Shown: one piece after another, positions 57,828 to 58,523 of the stretch
Position numbering within the stretch: position 1 is the stretch's first letter
How the letters are laid out: every line of letters begins with the position of its first letter
Assembly: GCA_037134875.1 (NCBI GenBank)
Contig: JBAXLH010000005.1
Location: 1-58,523 of the forward strand
Reading direction: 5' to 3'
Source of the DNA: a bacterium
Lineage (GTDB): Bacteria > Patescibacteriota > Minisyncoccia > Phycocordibacterales > DATDWN01
DNA: 58,523 bases
Notes under the pieces: generated by a model
Database searches by the model: none
The model's input: the letters and a program-made list of their open reading frames with translations, nothing else
What the model was told of the DNA's origin: nothing
Position numbers and translations under genes: made by a program

Positions 57828-57998
57828 TTACCGCGGAAGAAATCCTGCAGTCATAGACGTCTTGGCTGAGCCAAGTATCGTCTGCAATGCGTCAAAGAAC
57901 ACGAGAAGCGTTCTCTGTAGTCCCGCAAATATTTCCGGGACCAGGAACTTAAGCAGGACGATTAGCAAACCGAAACCTAAAACTCGAAAAATATTCAT
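57828..57998 (-). CDS. 56-aa membrane protein (not in the ORF track)
   Basis: Hand translation MNIFRVLGFGLLIVLLKFLVPEIFAGLQRTLLVFFDALQTILGSAKTSMTAGFLPR; followed by a terminator. Confidence 0.7.
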   Translation of the reverse strand: MNIFRVLGFGLLIVLLKFLVPEIFAGLQRTLLVFFDALQTILGSAKTSMTAGFLPR

Positions 57999-58259
57999 AT
58001 CTTTTTTATTTTAAGAGAAGCGGAGACTGTGTGTGGACGAGACACACAGCGCCGGCTAATCGCCAGACTGCCCCTCTCTTCCCTTTTTACCTGCTGTGAC
58101 AAAAAGAGAAGAAGTGAGGTTCCAGCGCATTTTCAATGATCTTTCCTTACTTATATTATATCACTTTTTTATTAAAAAAACAGCCCTGATTTATATACCA
58201 AACTTGCATAGAATAAAAAATAATGTAAAATAGAATTTGTCATTTTGAGTAGTAAATAA

Positions 58260-58487
58260 GGGCCCTTAGCTTCCGGTAGAGGCCCGAATGAGTTTTGAAA
58301 ATTTAATATGGGCCCTTAGCTTAGTTGGTGGAGTGAGATTGGGGTGGGACCCAATCGCAAGACCGGAGCGCGACGGCGCGAGGTGGGGTCGAGAGATTTT
58401 TCAGCAGAAAAATACTCGTGACACTCATTTGCCAAATGAGGCTAGTGGGTTCTAAAATAAGTTCAGTGAAGTTTGAAAATTTAATAT
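58260..58487 (+). pseudogene. Two decayed tandem copies of the tRNA-Ala 5' region, the second carrying an ~88-bp structured insertion
   Basis: gggcccttagctt starts at 58260 and 58310; tttgaaaatttaatatgggcccttagcttagttggt is repeated before 58310 and 58488. Confidence 0.75.
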
Positions 58488-58523
58488 GGGCCCTTAGCTT
58501 AGTTGGTAGAGCGCCTCATTTGC
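58488..58523 (+). tRNA. tRNA-Ala(TGC), 5' part; truncated by the window end
   Basis: GGGCCCT-TA-GCTT-AGTTGGT-AGAGC-G-CCTCA-TT-TGC; G3 fits Ala identity. Confidence 0.85.

Noticed and set aside
58095-58130. uORF MRWNLTSS... in the 56-aa gene leader
   Set aside because: No SD and no informative residues; the structure is better explained at RNA level.
58260-58523. CRISPR array (repeated gggcccttagctt)
   Set aside because: The repeats are tRNA 5' ends with spacings of 50 and 178 bp; no cas genes are present.
1-58523. Alternative genetic code (TGA=Gly, code 25)
   Set aside because: TGA terminates conserved genes at the expected lengths (e.g. asnB, infA), with no evidence of read-through.

Overview
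This is a 58.5 kb chromosomal segment, about 36-38% GC by eye, in standard genetic code 11. It most likely comes from a Patescibacteria/CPR (Parcubacteria-type) genome, inferred from gene content, a short AlaRS and L13, many apparently leaderless genes and CPR-type hypothetical proteins. From left to right it holds: a cell-wall operon (dacA-asnB-mraY-ftsW-murG-gltX-M23 peptidase); a lysozyme-like gene; a tandem pair of [small anchored protein + large adhesin] modules; a GC-rich foreign gene; a low-GC pair; an interrupted grpE-dnaK-dnaJ locus; the infA-rpmJ-rpsM-rpsK-rpsD-rpoA-rplQ-rplM-rpsI block; an FtsA-like/baseplate-J-like pair; alaS; a nucleotide-sanitation cluster; mnmA; mltG; a sigma4-HTH protein; leuS; ychF; a GH18 hydrolase; a second mltG; a CsoR copper locus with an atypical P1B-ATPase; and a tRNA-Ala cut off by the window end. 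Best leads: (1) a family of modular ~90-170 bp palindromic elements with covarying hairpins, found between genes, in-frame inside mnmA and inside a decayed tRNA-Ala copy; (2) a CsoR-operator promoter driving an unannotated 19-aa CxxxC peptide and a hairpin upstream of csoR, resembling a copper-sensing leader; (3) a complete Nudix domain inserted in LeuRS; (4) the duplicated adhesin-partner module with a shared C-terminal PLxYQ[DE]F tail; (5) a P1B-ATPase with CAD in place of CPC; (6) a candidate ncRNA with its own promoter and terminator after dnaJ. All family assignments come from reading motifs by eye; no searches were run.
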